From: an uncultured candidate division Zixibacteria bacterium
GTDB lineage: Bacteria; Zixibacteria; MSB-5A5; UBA10806
Length of the DNA stretch: 64,000 nt
NCBI GenBank assembly: GCA_963817915.1
Contig: CAWFQL010000017.1
Span: 416,001-480,000 of the forward strand
Direction of reading: 5' to 3'
Shown: positions 42,759 to 52,311 of the stretch, piece by piece
Layout: each line of letters begins with the position of its first letter
Position numbering within the stretch: the stretch's first letter is position 1
Made by a program: the position numbers and the translations under genes
Notes under the pieces: model-generated
The model's database searches: none
Told to the model about the DNA's origin: nothing
The model's input: only the letters and a program-made list of their open reading frames with translations

Positions 42759-42788
42759 ATTTTATCTTCAATACATATCGCTTGTCAA
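42759..42788 (-). promoter_or_regulatory. Sigma70-type promoter of the sugar ABC operon, probably leaderless
   Basis: Minus strand TTGACA-N18-TAAAAT with 7 nt between the -10 box and the ATG at 42751. Confidence 0.55.
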
Positions 42789-42805
42789 GCGCAAGCTCAG
42801 GATTT

Positions 42806-42849
42806 GTAGGTCGGGTTCCGAGTCAGCTATGCTGACGAGAAACCCGACA
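42806..42849 (+). repeat. GTAG-type REP-like palindrome; related copy at 50318-50365
   Basis: GTAG-GTCGGGTT..GTCAGC-TAT-GCTGAC..AACCCGAC nested hairpin. Confidence 0.75.
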
Positions 42850-42878
42850 AACTGCTAATTCTCCAAAATATATTAACC

Positions 42879-42907
42879 TTGACATAAATTTATACTACGC
42901 CTACAAT
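42879..42907 (+). promoter_or_regulatory. Sigma70-type promoter of the four-gene membrane operon, probably leaderless
   Basis: TTGACA-N17-TACAAT with 8 nt before ATG 42916; no SD. Confidence 0.65.
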
Positions 42908-42915
42908 CGATTTTA

Positions 42916-44046
42916 ATGAAGAAACTCTGGCTGATATCCTGTTTTTGTCTTCTTATATGCAATTCCATCATGGCATTCGATCTTCATATCTCCGATCAGC
43001 CCAACGATGATGGCTCCGCGCTGATAATAAAATGGGATAAACTTCCGCCCGCCGATTTGAAAGACAAAAATCCGCCAATCTACAATCTCGAACGAAGCCT
43101 TAGACCCGATTCAGGATTCTCATTTGCCTCATCAATATTAAGAGATGATTCTTCGCTGACAACAACTGACAAGGGCCTATCCAACAAGCTGAAATATTAT
43201 TATAGACTGTCTTATATTGATTCAACAATTTCCTGGCATTCGAACACAGCCGGGCCAGTCACTCCAAAGGAAAATTGGTATAATACCGACCGCTCTAACG
43301 TCCTTATAGGGATTATTATAACCGGGGCATTGGTGGCCTTTTTTATTGCGCTCGGCAAAAGAGGCAAGATGCTTTACCTGAGGCCAATCGCCGGACTCCT
43401 TGCGGTCGATGAGGCCATTGGCCGTGCTACTGAGATGGGCAAGCCGATTCTATATTCGTCCGGCCGCGGCGGTATGCAACGTCCCGCCTCTATTGCCAGC
43501 ATGAATATATTCGGCTCAGTCGCCGAGAAGGTCGCTACCTATGGGACACCTTTGATATTCCCCAACAACGACCCGGTAGTCATGGCAGTGGCGCAGGAAG
43601 TCGCCCGAGAGGGGTATACTCGAGCCGGTCATCCCGATGCCTACAATCCTGAAAATATCTATTTTGTCACTGATAGTCAGTTCGGTTATGCCGCCGCTGT
43701 AGATGGTATAATGATGCGTGAAAAACCTGCCACGAATCTTTTCTTCGGGACTTTCGAAGCCGAATCATTGATTCTCGCCGAAACCGGGAACTCCATTGGA
43801 GCTATCCAGATCGCCGGAACCGATTCATCTATTCAAATGGCGTTTTTTATGGTGGCGTGCGATTATGTTTTGATAGGGGAGGAGCTCTTTGCGGCGTCTG
43901 CATATCTTTCCGGCGATCCGCAGGTTGTTGGCTCTCTCAAAGGTTCCGATATATCGAAAATAATAATCATCGCATTGCTGATAATTGGTACGATTTTGGC
44001 ATTCATCGGGATTGCCTGGTTCGTGAATCTATTTATTACGGTTTAG
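42916..44046 (+). CDS. Membrane protein: signal peptide, Fn3-like domain, TM, DUF6754-like alpha/beta domain, TM
   Basis: DQPNDDG..IKW..YYYRL Fn3-like part; LRPIAGL.AVDEAIGRATEMGKP, QIAGT, CDYVLIGEELFAASAYL. Confidence 0.7.
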   Translation: MKKLWLISCFCLLICNSIMAFDLHISDQPNDDGSALIIKWDKLPPADLKDKNPPIYNLERSLRPDSGFSFASSILRDDSSLTTTDKGLSNKLKYYYRLSYIDSTISWHSNTAGPVTPKENWYNTDRSNVLIGIIITGALVAFFIALGKRGKMLYLRPIAGLLAVDEAIGRATEMGKPILYSSGRGGMQRPASIASMNIFGSVAEKVATYGTPLIFPNNDPVVMAVAQEVAREGYTRAGHPDAYNPENIYFVTDSQFGYAAAVDGIMMREKPATNLFFGTFEAESLILAETGNSIGAIQIAGTDSSIQMAFFMVACDYVLIGEELFAASAYLSGDPQVVGSLKGSDISKIIIIALLIIGTILAFIGIAWFVNLFITV

Positions 44047-44049
44047 AGA

Positions 44050-44667
44050 ATGAGAAGATCTGTTCCGATAATTGTTTGTCTTGGAGTCGGCCTCGCTATG
44101 CTGATCCAGTTTTTTATTCCCTCCAAGTTATCGCGCAATGTTTATAATGAAGTCACCGATTGGGCGCAGATAGTCTATGCATTTGCATTAATTGTAGGTG
44201 TTTTCGGCTTGATGAAATATCATTCGGGCAAGATTACCCGACGCGATAACGGTTGGATTTATAATCTTATCACGCTTCTGGCCTTGTTCATGATGGCCTT
44301 TCTCGGATTTGCCTTAGGCAGGAAAGACAATAGCCCATTTATGTGGATATTCAATTTTGTACAATCACCGATGCAGGCGTCAGTCTTTTCGCTTTTGGCA
44401 TTCTTTGTGGCATCGGCTGCGTATCGGGGATTCATGGCGCGCAATACCGAAGCTGTTTTATTGCTATTATCCGCCGTATTCATAATGTTTGGAATCGCTT
44501 CGGTTGGCAATTCGATACCTCCATTTTCAGATATCGCCAATTGGATTCTGATGAATCCCTCGATGACTGCTCGCCGCGGTATATATATAGGTATTGGATT
44601 AGGCACAATTGCCACCGCTCTCAGGGTTATCCTCGGTGTCGAACGGACCTATCTGGGGAAAGAATAA
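44050..44667 (+). CDS. Integral membrane protein of unknown function (about 6 TM)
   Basis: Hydrophobic helices; SLLAFFVASAAYRGF and RGIYIGIGLG.IATALRVILG.ERTYLG. Confidence 0.75.
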   Translation: MRRSVPIIVCLGVGLAMLIQFFIPSKLSRNVYNEVTDWAQIVYAFALIVGVFGLMKYHSGKITRRDNGWIYNLITLLALFMMAFLGFALGRKDNSPFMWIFNFVQSPMQASVFSLLAFFVASAAYRGFMARNTEAVLLLLSAVFIMFGIASVGNSIPPFSDIANWILMNPSMTARRGIYIGIGLGTIATALRVILGVERTYLGKE

Positions 44668-45492
44668 ATGAATTTCTGGGATAAAATTCGGCATTTGGAT
44701 CGACGAATCATTTTCATCCTTATGGCGTTGGGTGTTACTCTTCCGCTTCTTGTAAATATAGGCCTGCCGGTTCGCATCACCCCCGATGTTCAAAATATTT
44801 ATGATTATATTAATGGCTTAAAGCCGGGGGATGTTCTGATAATTTCATACGATCATGATACCGGAACACTTCCCGAGATGGTCCCTATGTCCACCGCTAT
44901 CTTGCGTCACGCCTTTTCCAAAAATTTGCGCCTAATAGGCATGGCTCTCAATGCCGAGGGTGCTGCAATCGGCAGACAGGCTTTCAGACGAGTCGGAGCC
45001 GAATTCAATAAGGAAGAGGGGATTGATTTCGCCTTTCTCGGTTACCGTCCGGAGATTACCGCCGCAGTTATGGGGATGGGAACTTCAATTCAACGAGTCT
45101 TCCCCAAGGATGATCGCGGTATTCCCGTGGATGAAATACCTCTAATGAAGACAGTCCACAACTACAATGATATCTCATTGGTTGTATCAGTCGCTGACGC
45201 CGATGCGCCCGTTTATTGGGTTAATTATGGCAATGCCCGTTTTCAGGTCAAGGTTGCCCCTGCTGTGACTGCGGTGATGGCCACTACTTTCTTTCCATTC
45301 ATTGATTCACATCAGGTGATAGGAATGATAGCCGGTCTCAAGGGCGCCGCTGAATATGAAAGATTGATTAAAAAGACGGAAGCCGCCAGCAGAGGCATGG
45401 ATGCTCAGTCGATTGCCCATCTTGTCGTAATAGGATTTATTCTTGTCGGCAATATAGCATTCTTCATGGGGCGAAAGCAGGGGAAGGGATAA
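44668..45492 (+). CDS. Membrane-anchored protein of unknown function (TM, alpha/beta domain, TM)
   Basis: N- and C-terminal TM helices; GLKGAAEYE..MDAQSIAHL motif. Confidence 0.75.
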   Translation: MNFWDKIRHLDRRIIFILMALGVTLPLLVNIGLPVRITPDVQNIYDYINGLKPGDVLIISYDHDTGTLPEMVPMSTAILRHAFSKNLRLIGMALNAEGAAIGRQAFRRVGAEFNKEEGIDFAFLGYRPEITAAVMGMGTSIQRVFPKDDRGIPVDEIPLMKTVHNYNDISLVVSVADADAPVYWVNYGNARFQVKVAPAVTAVMATTFFPFIDSHQVIGMIAGLKGAAEYERLIKKTEAASRGMDAQSIAHLVVIGFILVGNIAFFMGRKQGKG

Positions 45493-45495
45493 GAA

Positions 45496-46194
45496 ATGGA
45501 TTTTCATTTCATATTCGATTACTTGATCGCCTCTGAAAGACTGGGAATCTGGATCGCGGCCTTAATGACGCTGGCGATCTATTCCTTCCTATATAAAGAC
45601 AACCCCATCTACCGATTTGCCGAAAGCATTTTAGTGGGAATATCGGTAGGATATCTTCTCGTCACGACATTCCAGACCACCATTATGCCCCAGGCTATGG
45701 ATCCGCTTGTCTTCAGTTTCAAAAATATATTCACGCCCGGAGAATCAGGTGGCATCGGGCTTTTCGTAATGGCCGCCCTGCCGATTATCCTCGGGCTTTT
45801 GATGTTCGCTCGATTTGTGCCCAAATTCACCTGGCTTTCCAGGGTTGCGCTTGCATTCTATATAGGCTTCGGCGCGGGCGCCTCGATTCCCGCCAATATG
45901 CAGTCCCAGATATTAAAGCAAATCGAGGCTACTATACGCCCATTCCTTGGCATTCACGGCTTTATGCCGATTCTAAATGCAATCTTAATCCTGGTTGGGC
46001 TGATTACGACACTATTCTATTTCTATTTTTCCAAAGCCCATACCGGCCTATTCGGCAAGGCCGCCAAATTGGGCACATTTTACCTGATGATATTCTTTGG
46101 TGCGACGTTCGGATATACCGTCATGGCCCGTATCTCGCTTCTCATTGGCAGAGTCACATTTCTGCTGAGAGATTGGTTGGGTCTGATTTCGTAG
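45496..46194 (+). CDS. Integral membrane protein of unknown function (6-7 TM)
   Basis: SFLYKDNPIYRFAE, LMIFFGATFGYTVMARISLLIGR. Confidence 0.75.
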   Translation: MDFHFIFDYLIASERLGIWIAALMTLAIYSFLYKDNPIYRFAESILVGISVGYLLVTTFQTTIMPQAMDPLVFSFKNIFTPGESGGIGLFVMAALPIILGLLMFARFVPKFTWLSRVALAFYIGFGAGASIPANMQSQILKQIEATIRPFLGIHGFMPILNAILILVGLITTLFYFYFSKAHTGLFGKAAKLGTFYLMIFFGATFGYTVMARISLLIGRVTFLLRDWLGLIS

Positions 46195-46248
46195 ATTTCT
46201 ATTAATCTATTTTATGATAGAAAGACAAAATATAATAGGAGGTTGGTC

Positions 46249-48004
46249 GTGAAATTAGGATTTTTGACCATTATTCTTTTGGTCTTAACTATAGCATGTG
46301 AAAAGGTTGAAATGAACGCATGGGATCAAGTTAAGTTGCCCGGAAGCTATTCTGATTCTCACATATTATCGATCGACATCAAAGATAAGGAAATTTTATT
46401 GGGCACATATGGTCGAGGGGCATTATTCACCACGGATAATGGCCAAAACTGGGTATCTTATGACACAACCAAAGGTCTATCGTGGGATTTCATAATGGGT
46501 GGGGCATGGGACAAGAACTACTTCATTCTGGCTACCCTCGGAGATGGTGTCAATATTTCCGAAGATAAGGGCAAAACCTGGAAACGATACGGCTTCGATT
46601 TCTTCAAGCTCGAATATCTCTACACAGTCGGCGTAAAAATCCAAAATGGCAAAAGATATGTCCCCACTGCCGACGGCCTCGTCGTATTTGATAATATCCA
46701 AAACTGGCAAGGCTTGACCGAAAAAAATGGTTTGCCGTCTCAGTATATTTATAAAATGAAAATATCCGGCGATACTATCGCCATCGGTACGCTTCATGGC
46801 TTTTCTATCTCCACCGATTTAGGCGCGAATTGGAAAAATTCCTCTCCAAATGGCAAATACACAGCCGAAAAATCCTCCGCCTGCAAGGTGCGGGCGGTGG
46901 AATTTGCCGGCAATAATATCTATGCCGGATGCGATGACGGCCTCTATTATTCTCCGGATTTTGGCTCGACCTGGCAGCAAATCGGCCAGAATAATCTGAA
47001 AAGCAATTTTATTCATGATCTTGTCTGGGATCAGGATGGCAATCTTATGGATTGCGACATACAAAGAAATCACCAAATATAACCCAGCTAATTCGCAATG
47101 GCAGATATTCGATGAAAAAAGTGGCCTTCCCGGCGGAAGCATCAATTGTCTGGCATTGGGCAGAAAAGGTGTCGTTTACGCCGGTACCAATTACGGTCTT
47201 TATAAGCTCAACCACGGCCCTGCGATCGAACCGAAATCCGAGCCTGTCGATGCCGAATTCACCGAGACAGAGACTCCAATTCACCAATGGCTCCTGCGCC
47301 CTGTTGCCCCCGAAGAACAGAATTGCAAAGACCAAACCTACCTTTACGGTTCAACCATGGGCGGCAATTTCCGCCAGCATCAGGGAAATGAATACAATAA
47401 TCCAGAGGGAGTACCGCTACTCGCGGTTGATGATGGCGAGATAATCTATACCGAACCACCAATCGGCTTTACGATTCTTAAATGCAATACGAAAATGGAA
47501 GGCAAAGATATCTACGCCCACTACCATCATCAATTTGAAATCCTTAAAAAAGTCGGAGATAAAGTCAAAAGGGGAGATATAATCGGCTCAGTCGGCAAGA
47601 AGGGCAATGTAACCAATGAGCACCTTCATTTCGAAATCGGCATGTCTGCCAACGATTCCCAGAAGGAAGTCCCGACTCAAACCCGCAATTCCGAGCTTTG
47701 GGTCGCGCCGTTGGCGGGATGCGGCACGATTGTCGGCAATCTTGTTGATAAGGATGGCAATCCGGTTCAGGGCGCTCGCATTTACGGAGTCACCAAACCG
47801 GTGCCCTCAGAGACTCCTTTCTCGTTCGCTGAGACTTACAAAGATAAAGCCCATCCCGATAATTGGTACAATGAAAACTTCGCCATTGGCGATGTTCCCG
47901 AAGGCGATTACGTGTTGTATTGTCATAATGGCGACTTGAAATCGCGGATCAAGGTCCATGTCGATGCCGGCAAATTCACGAAAGTGAAAATGATCTTGAA
48001 ATGA
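46249..48004 (+). CDS. Lipoprotein: beta-propeller repeats, M23-family peptidase domain, carboxypeptidase-regulatory-like domain (+1 frameshift near 47045)
   Basis: Lipobox TIAC; S.D.G.TW (BNR/Asp-box) repeats; HQGNE, VGDKVKRGDIIG.VG, HLHFEI. Confidence 0.82.
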
Positions 48005-48065
48005 TTTGGAACCGTATTTGACCATTACCTGTTAATCATGGACAGAAAGTGTCTTCATTTATTAG

Positions 48066-48200
48066 ATGTTTTGCCGAAAATGTAAAAAGAAGATGGAAGA
48101 AGAGAAGCGAAGCTTCCATAAAAGACGAAAATGGATTTGCCCGAAATGCGGTTCTGTAAGATTCCAACAGGCTAAGATCGATGTTGGCAAACGCAGGTAA
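48066..48200 (+). CDS. Putative 44-aa zinc-ribbon microprotein (two CxxC)
   Basis: MFCRKCKKKMEEEKRSFHKRRKWICPKCGSVRFQQAKIDVGKRR*; below the ORF-track size cutoff; overlaps the DUF72 start. Confidence 0.6.
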   Translation: MFCRKCKKKMEEEKRSFHKRRKWICPKCGSVRFQQAKIDVGKRR

Positions 48201-48975
48201 AATCATAGTGGGAACATCCGGTTATTCATTCGATGATTGGGCTGGCGTCTTTTATCCGCCAGATCTTCCAAAGGGGAAACGTCTTGATTTCTATAAAGAG
48301 CATTTCAATGTCACCGAAATCAATTCGACCTATTATCGCATTCCACATCCGGCGGTATTCTATAATATCGCGAAAAAAGTTGGTGATAATTTCGAATTCA
48401 TGATCAAGACTCATCGCAGCTTCACTCATGACCGAAGGGATCTCAAAAAGCAATGCCAGCTTTTTAATGATTCCATCAGACCGATGACAGATTCGGGCAA
48501 ATTAAAGGGACTCATGGCTCAATTCCCATTCAGCATAAAATTTACAAAGGCCAATCTTGATTACATTATCAATGGCAAGGATTTTTTCCCCGGCCATAAT
48601 CTTTTCGTCGAATTTCGCCACGATAGCTGGGATATCCCCGAAGTCTATGATTCATTGGCGAAAAATGACATCGGGGTTTGTTCGGTCGATGAGCCACAGC
48701 TGCCCGGCCTTTTTCCTCCGAAACCGATTGCGACCACAAATATCGGCTATGTCCGGCTTCATGGACGTAATTCTGCCAACTGGTGGGGCGGCGAAGGCGA
48801 TCGATATGACTACATGTATTCGGAAAATGAATTAAAAGAGTGGAAAGATAAAATTGATCTCTTGAAAAAAAATACGGATAAGTTATATTTGTTCTTTAAC
48901 AACTGCCATTTGGGGCAGGCTGTTAGAAATGCTAAAATGTTTTTGGACATGATTCAAACGGAAATGACGCAATGA
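48181..48975 (+). CDS. DUF72 (YecE-like) family protein
   Basis: VGTSGY...W...FYP, EINSTYY, QFP, VEFRH, YVRLHGRN, RYDYMYS, FNNC. Confidence 0.92.
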   Translation: MLANAGKIIVGTSGYSFDDWAGVFYPPDLPKGKRLDFYKEHFNVTEINSTYYRIPHPAVFYNIAKKVGDNFEFMIKTHRSFTHDRRDLKKQCQLFNDSIRPMTDSGKLKGLMAQFPFSIKFTKANLDYIINGKDFFPGHNLFVEFRHDSWDIPEVYDSLAKNDIGVCSVDEPQLPGLFPPKPIATTNIGYVRLHGRNSANWWGGEGDRYDYMYSENELKEWKDKIDLLKKNTDKLYLFFNNCHLGQAVRNAKMFLDMIQTEMTQ

Positions 48976-49862
48976 AAAAATTCTGGAAAAAAATACTGTT
49001 CTATGTGTTGGCCATCTGGACTGTCACCGCGGTTTATACTGCGATAGCCAATAATCGCCGCTCTGAAAGCATTCGCTTTCAAGAGAAACCGGCGACCTTC
49101 CAACTGCTTCTTGATAGCGTCAATCCATCCAAACTTCCCAAAATAAGCGCCAAATCGGCAATATTAGTTGATCTCGATAGCGGCAATGTTCTTATGAAAA
49201 AAGATGAACTGGAAACAAGACCGATAGCCAGCCTTACCAAGCTCGCGACTGCGCTTGTTTTCCTTAATACCGCTCCCGATTTTCTTAAAGTCGAAACTGT
49301 AACTCAGGAAGATCGCGAAGGCGCTGGAAGGTCTCGTTTGTATAAAGGCGAAAAAGTTACTGTTTATGATCTTTTCCACTTGATGCTGATATGCTCTGAC
49401 AATGTCGCCGCGCGTGTCGTCGCCAGATCGACCGGCATGACCACCGAGCAATTCGTCGCCAAAATGAATGAGCTTGCGTCAAGCCTGAATCTTGCCAATA
49501 CCCATTTTGCCGATCCCACCGGCCTCGATCCCAATAATGTTTCCACAGCCGCAGAACTTGCTATCATCTTTAAATCCGCTCTCGAACAAAATTTCATTGC
49601 TGAGGCTATCTCGAAAAAGAATTTCTCATATAGGGCTGTCAACGGCGAACGGCTCTTCACAATATATAATACCAATCGCCTGCTCTTCGGACGAAATGAA
49701 ATCATCGGCGGCAAAACCGGATACATCAAAGAATCCGGCTACTGCCTGGCTCTCGGTATTGAGGATGTCGATGGCAGAAAATTAGCCGCAGTCCTCCTCG
49801 GTGCCCCTACCAGCGGATATCGTTTCCGCGACGCCGCCAAACTCATGGCCTCAGTAGAGTAA
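48972..49862 (+). CDS. S11-family D-alanyl-D-alanine carboxy/endopeptidase (PbpG/DacA-like)
   Basis: PIASLTK (SxxK), SDN, DPTGL, GKTGY; N-terminal TM or signal. Confidence 0.92.
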   Translation: MKKFWKKILFYVLAIWTVTAVYTAIANNRRSESIRFQEKPATFQLLLDSVNPSKLPKISAKSAILVDLDSGNVLMKKDELETRPIASLTKLATALVFLNTAPDFLKVETVTQEDREGAGRSRLYKGEKVTVYDLFHLMLICSDNVAARVVARSTGMTTEQFVAKMNELASSLNLANTHFADPTGLDPNNVSTAAELAIIFKSALEQNFIAEAISKKNFSYRAVNGERLFTIYNTNRLLFGRNEIIGGKTGYIKESGYCLALGIEDVDGRKLAAVLLGAPTSGYRFRDAAKLMASVE

Positions 49863-49888
49863 TATAAGATAAATAATTTTGAATACAT

Positions 49889-50365
49889 GTGGCGTCGGGT
49901 CTCCGCACCCGACGCTTGTTCAGCGCGGCAGAAATCCCGCCTGTCCCGTCATGCCTGTCATTCCGGCCCCCGAGCCGGAATCCATCTTGCTCCTGCGTGT
50001 CAGGGCTCGCCCTGACCGCATCAAGAGTGTCGTCAGGTCGCCTGACCTGACGACTTAATCTCAATCAGATTAAGTCATGAATTCTCATTTTTCATCTTGT
50101 CTCTTAATCCTCGCTCCGACGCGAAGTAATGACGCACCTGTAGGTATTTGATTTATCAAACCCGCCAGCAATTAGAACGAATGCCGCCGTAAGGGTTCAA
50201 AATTTTGAACCATCACCTGAATCATTATTGATAGAATCTTTTGTAGGGGCGAACCCAAGTGTTCGCCCTCCTCTTTTGGGCCGACACGCGGGTCGGCCCC
50301 TACAATGTAAACCCGCAGTAGGTCGGCGTTCCGAGTCCGGCCACTGCCGGACGAGAAACCCGACA
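49889..50365. repeat. Cluster of REP-like palindromic elements, including copy 1 of a 95-bp direct repeat (50023-50117) and an inverted GTAG-REP doublet (50243-50303)
   Basis: About ten short hairpins, e.g. GCGTCGGGT/ACCCGACGC, TGTCATTCCGGC..GCCGGAAT, GTCAGGGC/GCCCTGAC, GTCGTCAGGTC/GACCTGACGAC, GGTTCAAAATTTTGAACC, GTAGGGGCGAAC..GTTCGCCC. Confidence 0.85.
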
Positions 50366-50457
50366 TCTTGCCGGATGGGTGAAATAAACGATACCATTTC
50401 CCCAAAAATCTGTTATACTAAAGCAAGTAGTTTCGAGTAAAGACAATGGGGTGCAGA

Positions 50458-52286
50458 ATGACCAGACCGTGGTTTTTGGCAGCAATAACTATAGCATCAA
50501 TCAGCACCGCAACATTCGCCCAGGACGATTGGCATTTCGTTGACGAAACCAGTACTCGGCTCCCCGATACAATGGCGGTCGGCATCGGGTTGGATGGCGG
50601 CGATGTAAATGGCGATGGCGCCCTTGATATATTAGTTGGGTGTATTGAAGGAGTATGGCCTCAAGGGCCGGGATTTGAGCAACTTTACTTCAATGACCGT
50701 AATGGATATTTCAGCCTGGGCGATTCCTCAATGTTTCCTCAAATTGATGACGGAACCAACAGTGTTCTACTTTTCGATTGCGACAATAATGGAACTTTGG
50801 ATGCCTATGTGATTAATGCAGGTCGCGATACGGACTATCTTGCCATAAATGATGGCGCAGGCAGGTTTACGATAGACTGGAGCAGAATTCCTCCTGACTC
50901 CTCCACTGGGTTGGGCGCCGATTATGGCGATATCAATGGTGATGGAAACATTGATATCTGTATGCTGGGTAATGCAGTTACTAATGGCTATCATCATAAG
51001 GTTTGGGTAAATGATGGGACTGGTCATTTTACTAATCAGTTAAATCGTTTACCAACACTAAACGAAGCTTATCTTACTGTTAGATTTGCTGATATCGATG
51101 GGGATTTAGACCTGGATTTGCTTGTTATGGATTATGGTAATATCTTTCAGCCACGGATTTTGATTAATGACGGTAATGGATATTTTACCGATGAAACCGC
51201 AGAAAGACTACCTCCGGTCGAACGGAGTTATACTGGCGAATTTGTCGACATAGACGGGGATGGTGATTTTGATATAGTCCTTAGTTATATTGAAAGATGC
51301 GGATTTCTGATTAATGACGGCACTGGGCATTTTGTCGATGAAACGGAGCTTCGGGGACCATTATTTTCGGACCCATCGCATCCAACTTCGATAAGATCGT
51401 TTGATGCCGATAACGACGGACAGGAAGATATAGTTTTGGGCACCTATTTCTACGGAAGGCCAGATTTGATCTTTATGAATAGCGGCGGCGGTTTCTATGG
51501 GGATCAAACCGCTCTGAGATGGCCGAATCAGGCTCAAAGCACGCAGAGAGTCTTTTTAGGGGATTTTGATGGAGACGGAGTTTGTGATATTTTCAGGGTG
51601 GGTGACGGTTATTGCAGAAATAGCATATTTATAAATACTCTCGAAATGCCTGATTGGATTGCACCAGCCATAAAGAATGTTTCGATAATTCCAAATATCA
51701 ATCCGAATCCAGGTCCATATGCTGTTAAATTGGTGGCCAAAGATGGTGTTTCCATAGAATACCAATTAGCGGTTTCCGTTTATTATTCGATAGACGGTTT
51801 TAATTATCTGGAAAGCCATATGCATTATGTTGGCGGATATATGTTTTACGGAAATATCCCTGCTGTGGACAGTGGCTCTACTGTAAGATATTACTACACA
51901 GCAGCGGATAAGGACGGGAATATAAGGCGATTCCCGTCAAATGCGCCCGATTCAGTTTTATCGTTTGTTTATTTACCGGATTATACTGGGATTTCTGAGA
52001 ATGGTGATGGAATAAATCCCGGAAGGATTGGAATAAGAGCATTTCCCAATCCATTTAATTCCTCAACGATAATAACAATATTCAGGCATGGAAGGAGGTG
52101 AGTATCGAGATATACAATATCAACGGCCAATTAATCAGATCATTGGGGACCGAACAAAATTTGGAGGGACAAATAAAATGGGACGCCCAGGATGCTATGG
52201 GAAATAAAGTCACGTCAGGCATCTATTTCGCCAGAGCAAGAACTGCTGCAAGCTCGACGGCAATCAAACTAATTTATCTAAAATAA
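50458..52286 (+). CDS. Secreted FG-GAP/VCBS-repeat beta-propeller protein with T9SS/FlgD-type C-terminal domain (frame disruption near 52078-52103)
   Basis: Signal peptide; seven D-x-[DN]-x-D/N-G-x-x-D repeats with NDG.G.F.DET; AFPNPFNSST, then IEIYNINGQ..WDAQD.MGNKVTSGIYF in another frame. Confidence 0.85.
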
Positions 52287-52311
52287 TCATATTATAAGAA
52301 AATATATATTT

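Noticed and set aside
49889..50365. CRISPR array
   Set aside because: The palindromes are of different sequence families, not identical repeats with regular unique spacers, and there are no cas genes in the window
49843..50485. Short ORFs of 61-77 aa on both strands
   Set aside because: They are translations of REP-like palindromes (e.g. VGADPRVGP, VGANPSVRP) with no RBS or protein-like features
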